Below are positions 60,137-64,000 of a DNA stretch of 64,000 bases, in pieces. Made by a program: the position numbers and the translations under genes. Source of the DNA: Bacteroidota bacterium (GTDB taxonomy: Bacteria; Bacteroidota; Bacteroidia; Palsa-965). Position 1 is the first letter of the stretch. The number at the start of each line of letters is the position of its first letter. The notes under the pieces are model-generated. The model saw only the letters and a program-made list of their open reading frames with translations. It ran no database searches and had not been told where the DNA came from. The stretch is from the NCBI GenBank assembly GCA_013289095.1, contig JABDAO010000001.1, positions 31,223 through 95,222 of the forward strand. Reading direction: 5' to 3'.

Positions 60137-60960
60137 CTGCTGGTAAATTCTTAGGGGATGACACTAAAGCAAGGAATTGTCCTGAAAGGGTGAGGCTGGG
60201 TTAGATCTTGTTCTGAGCCGAAACCCTGCACGTCTAGCTTTCTGAAGAGTGCATAGCCGGAAGATGTAAATTACTCCGGAAGGATCAGGCGACAAAGCCC
60301 CGGTCAGGCAACCGGAGGAGCCCTGGTGCCATACAAGGACAATACAGACAGGAGAGAAAAATCAAGCGTGTTTATTCTCCCCGCTACACCTGTAGGCAGA
60401 TTGAACAACACAAAAGATTGGAATACGATGGGATCAAAATGAAGAAGAACCGTTTTGGGACGAAATTTTCTGAACTTTACAATGCAGTTTTGAACATTAT
60501 TCGTTACAAGGAGCCCAGTCCTTTTTTGAATTGTTCCAGACACCTGTTTTGTTGGGACAAAGGCGGCAGACGTTTCTGCTGTAGGAATAAACGCGAAAGC
60601 AACTCCGCTCCCTGTTAATAAAGTGAGCCCGATGAACAGAAAAAAATATTTCCAGTGTCTCACGGTTGAGGAATGATGTTTTATTAGAATTTCATTAGAT
60701 TGATTCCACAAATTTGCAACATTCACACAATATATACAAGTGAAGTTAATAAATATTCCCGTGTTTGGATTTCCTTGTCTAAAAAAACAAACAAAACAGG
60801 GTACAATTTTCAGGACCATAAAATCTTTGATAGCTTCTCCTATCAGAAAACATTACTTTGTACAAATCAGGAAACCGATACTGTCTGTTGAAGATAAAAT
60901 TGTCTTGCAACCAATCTTTAGGTACAAATACGAACAGGTCTTCAGACGCTCTGACAGCAT

Positions 60961-62055
60961 TTAAGGTTTAATAACCTCTTCATCCTTGATCTCATCGTTT
61001 GCTTGTTTAAGTACGGCATCGCCCTCTTTCAAATCGCCATAGACTTCTACTTTATCACCTGCGCTGTTTCCTTTCTGTACACTCACCCAATGAACCTTGC
61101 TGTAAGCATCGACCTTTTGAACAAAACATTTTTCCATGTTTGTCACCACCGCTGTTTGTGGCACGTACAGGCTTTTCTCGGCGCGTCTTGAATCGAGCAT
61201 TACGCTGGCAAACATACCGGGAATCAACTGCCCTTTCTGATTGTCTATTAAGATCTCGATGACCTCTGATCGTGTCTTGGTGTCCACATTTTTTGAGATG
61301 CGGTTGATATTCCCCGTAAAGATCTGAGCAGGATAACTTTTTACATTGAACTTAATTTCATTACCTTCCTTCACCTGGCTCACCATTTTCTCGGGTATGG
61401 CAATGTGCAGACGGAGTTTACTTTCATTGTTCAGCTTCAGGATCGGGATGATGGAACGTTCGCCAGGGCCCACAAAATCGCCCGGGGCCAGCTGCCGTTC
61501 AGTGATGATGCCATCGAAAGGGGCCGTTATCCTCAGATAACCGGCTGTCTGTTTAGCTGCGTTGTAATGAACCGTTGCTGAAACCAGTTGCAGGCTATCT
61601 GACACAGCGTTCGCCTTTGCAAATTCAAGATCATTCAGAGAAACCGAACCCGGGGTTTTGTTTGTCTGCAACAACCGTCTGTAGTTTGCTTGTGTGGCGC
61701 CATAAATGGCCTCGGCTGATTTCATCTTTGCAAACGATTCAGACAATTGACTTTCTATTTCCGGCGCTTCAAGCTCGACGAGCAACTGCCCTTCCTTGAC
61801 CTGATCGCCAATGTCGACCAGGATGGTGCGGATATAGCTGTTGAGCTTGGGATAAATAGCTGTCGCATAAAACCCTTCGAGTTCGCCTGGAAGTATCAGC
61901 GAATGTTCGGGTTGAAGCAATTCTATCTTTACGATTTCAACAGCCGGTCTTTCAGTTTCTGTTTGATGTTCAGATTTTTTACCGGACGAAGAGCAAGCAC
62001 ACAGGGATGCGGTGGCAAGCACACTCAGCAGGGTATATTGAAATATTGTTTTCAT
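60961..62055 (-). CDS. RND efflux periplasmic adaptor (membrane fusion protein) lipoprotein
   Basis: Lipobox ASLCAC, then biotinyl-lipoyl/beta-barrel motifs of the HlyD/AcrA family, at 364 aa. Confidence 0.85.
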   Translation of the reverse strand: MKTIFQYTLLSVLATASLCACSSSGKKSEHQTETERPAVEIVKIELLQPEHSLILPGELEGFYATAIYPKLNSYIRTILVDIGDQVKEGQLLVELEAPEIESQLSESFAKMKSAEAIYGATQANYRRLLQTNKTPGSVSLNDLEFAKANAVSDSLQLVSATVHYNAAKQTAGYLRITAPFDGIITERQLAPGDFVGPGERSIIPILKLNNESKLRLHIAIPEKMVSQVKEGNEIKFNVKSYPAQIFTGNINRISKNVDTKTRSEVIEILIDNQKGQLIPGMFASVMLDSRRAEKSLYVPQTAVVTNMEKCFVQKVDAYSKVHWVSVQKGNSAGDKVEVYGDLKEGDAVLKQANDEIKDEEVIKP

Positions 62056-62064
62056 CGGAGCTGT

Positions 62065-64000
62065 CTAAATGGGTTGAGAAAATGTATTTGGAATACTGCC
62101 TTCGTCATAGAATTCGCTGCCGGCATCTTCGGGGTTGAGTGAAACCGATTTAAAGTCTGTTTTTCGTTGAACGGAAGCAAAGACAACAGGCAAGACCAGC
62201 AGTGCGGCAAAAGTGGAAGCAACCAACCCACCTATTACAGCAATACCGAGCGGGGCTGATTGTTCTCCTCCTTCTGTAAGGCCGCTTGCCATCGGCAACA
62301 TGCCTGCCACCATGGCAACGGTAGTCATTATGATCGGCCTCAACCTTACCGCTCCCGACACCCGTGCTGCCGTAAATGCATTTTGGTATTTCATCCTCAG
62401 CTGTTCGGCATTGGTTATCATCAGCACCGCATTGGCCACCGACACGCCCACCGACATAATAATACCCATATACGATTGCAGGTTCAGCGTACAACCTGTC
62501 ATCACCAGCAACAAAACAGAACCCGCCAATACGGCAGGTATCGTAACGAGAATTACAGATGCCACCCGGAACGACTGAAAATTGGCGGAGAGCAATAAAA
62601 AGATCACCACAATGGCCAGCAACAAACCCGACTGCAGGCTTGAGAGTGTTTCCTGCAACAATTTCACAAGACCTTTGAGCTCAACCACCGCTCCCCGCGG
62701 TGGTTTACCCGCCTTTGTAATGGCTGTAGCCACATCGGCCGCAGCTGTGCCTAAATCTTTTTTAAAAATATTGGCCGAGACGGTTATGATCCTTCTTGGC
62801 CCAGCCCTGTCATATTCGGCCGGAACGGTATCGGCCTTTATTTCGGCTACATCGCCCAGTGTTGGCCTCAGCTGGGTGGGCACCAACGGAATATTTTCGA
62901 GATCGGCAACCGATTGCATTTGATATTCGGGCAGCTGCACCTGCACCTGATAGGCAAATCCTTTGCGTGTATCAAGCCAGAAATTTTTTTCCGTAAACCG
63001 GCTGGATGAGGTGGCCACCACCAGCGATTTTGCCACTTCATCAGGGTTAAGCCCCATTTGCGCAACCCGCTCCCGGTCCATCTTGATGTTCAGGATCGGG
63101 TAACGGAGCGGTTGATTGATACGTATGTCGCGCAGGTATTCAATCTTATTCAATTCGTTGATCACTTTCAAGGCATAGCGCTGTCCGTCATCCAGGTCTT
63201 TCCCGCCTATGACTATCTCAATCGGGGTGAGGGCTCCCTGGCTCATGATCTTATCGGTGAGCTCAATGGGTTCGAACGAAAGATGCACATCTTTCAACAG
63301 CAGTCCTGCCTTCTGACGGATACGGTCTTTGAGCTCGTCCAGATTATCAACATGATAGGCGTGATCCAGATCAATCTGCAACACGGCTTCATGCGGGCCC
63401 GAGTTAAACACATACAAGGTATTGGTCCCATAACTGGAAGGGGTGTTGCCAATAAAGGCCGAAGTGATGGCCACATTTTCTTTTCCAACCAGACTTTCGA
63501 TGATATGCGTTACGGCAATCACACGGTCTTCGGTACGCTCAATACGCATGCCCGGCGGGCACACCACACGTATCTGAAACTGTCCTGAATGCCAGAGCTT
63601 GGGCATCATGTCTTTTCCGATCAGCAACACACCGCTGATCAGTACCGCGATACTGACAATGAAATAGAACCCGATTACTTTTTTCCGGTTGTTGAGGCAC
63701 TTATCCAGTATACCCAGGTATTTTAGTTTAAACCGCTCGAAGAGCGAGATCTTGGCTGGGTTTTTATGTTCGAAATTTTCCATCCGCTGTTCTTCATTGC
63801 CGCTCAGATCGGGCAGGATTTCGAGTGCATGCACCGAATGAACAGCATGTCCTTTCAGCCACCAATTGCCCAACACAGGCACGAGCGTTTGCGACAGGAG
63901 GAAGGAAGCCAGCATCGAGAACCCGACGGCAAGCGACAAGGGAAGAAACATGCCCCGGGGTACTCCTGTCATTAGAAATGCGGGCGCAAAGACAGCCAGG
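62065..64000 (-). CDS. RND efflux permease (AcrB/HAE1-like), C-terminal ~645 aa; the 5' end lies beyond the window
   Basis: Large periplasmic loop plus TM7-12 pattern ending ...PVVFASVQRK. The frame remains open at 64000. Confidence 0.9.
   Translation of the reverse strand, partial: LAVFAPAFLMTGVPRGMFLPLSLAVGFSMLASFLLSQTLVPVLGNWWLKGHAVHSVHALEILPDLSGNEEQRMENFEHKNPAKISLFERFKLKYLGILDKCLNNRKKVIGFYFIVSIAVLISGVLLIGKDMMPKLWHSGQFQIRVVCPPGMRIERTEDRVIAVTHIIESLVGKENVAITSAFIGNTPSSYGTNTLYVFNSGPHEAVLQIDLDHAYHVDNLDELKDRIRQKAGLLLKDVHLSFEPIELTDKIMSQGALTPIEIVIGGKDLDDGQRYALKVINELNKIEYLRDIRINQPLRYPILNIKMDRERVAQMGLNPDEVAKSLVVATSSSRFTEKNFWLDTRKGFAYQVQVQLPEYQMQSVADLENIPLVPTQLRPTLGDVAEIKADTVPAEYDRAGPRRIITVSANIFKKDLGTAAADVATAITKAGKPPRGAVVELKGLVKLLQETLSSLQSGLLLAIVVIFLLLSANFQSFRVASVILVTIPAVLAGSVLLLVMTGCTLNLQSYMGIIMSVGVSVANAVLMITNAEQLRMKYQNAFTAARVSGAVRLRPIIMTTVAMVAGMLPMASGLTEGGEQSAPLGIAVIGGLVASTFAALLVLPVVFASVQRKTDFKSVSLNPEDAGSEFYDEGSIPNTFSQPI

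Noticed and set aside
60304-60819. 171-aa ORF as a gene
   Set aside because: It has no recognisable family and its N-terminal half looks non-protein-like. A shorter GTG-initiated secreted product (about 118 aa from around 60660) is conceivable but unsupported, so it is left uncalled.

Overview
This 64 kb window reads as a chromosomal segment of a Bacteroidota genome. The evidence is about 48% GC, frequent 4-bp ATGA start/stop overlaps, an LpxC/FabZ fusion, SprB-type repeats with type IX secretion system (T9SS) C-terminal sorting domains, and a PorX-like regulator. Most of it is housekeeping or conserved: gyrB, mdh, efp, lpxC/fabZ, lpxA, lpxD, murB, aroB, hutU, queE, tsaE, ftsE-like, proline dehydrogenase, an alanine-dehydrogenase-family gene, and kynurenine 3-monooxygenase. 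The accessory content is a polysaccharide locus (O-antigen-ligase-like protein, two tandem Wzz-like paralogs, Wzx-like flippase), two glycosyltransferases, an RND efflux pair, and two large SprB-repeat surface proteins with T9SS C-terminal domains. I found no phage, transposase, CRISPR or toxin-antitoxin locus. The unusual material is almost all non-coding repeat DNA: (i) a 21-bp x ~28 tandem array in the divergent aroB/proline-dehydrogenase intergenic region, with every unit carrying an ACATGT palindrome at a two-helical-turn period and palindromic flanks; (ii) two AT/GC-contrasting 42-bp tandem arrays; (iii) a MITE-like element family with a 17-bp terminal inverted repeat (TTAGGGTTCACTCAAAA), two copies; (iv) a ~90-bp hairpin element with GGGCATCTCT... 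termini, two copies; (v) REP-like GTAACCCCGCGCTTTAGCGCGGGGT palindromes; and (vi) a 1.6 kb gene-free stretch between murB and kmo holding a 27-bp-arm palindrome and a GC-rich structured island that may be an ncRNA. Protein-level oddities include a 1124-aa fusion of a PD40 beta-propeller to an Omp85-type barrel heading an operon with a TauE-like protein, an M20 amidohydrolase and QueE. There is also a translationally coupled TPR-protein/beta-barrel pair upstream of gyrB, and an RND permease placed upstream of its adaptor. All identifications rest on motif and architecture recognition from the translated ORFs; no database search was run.
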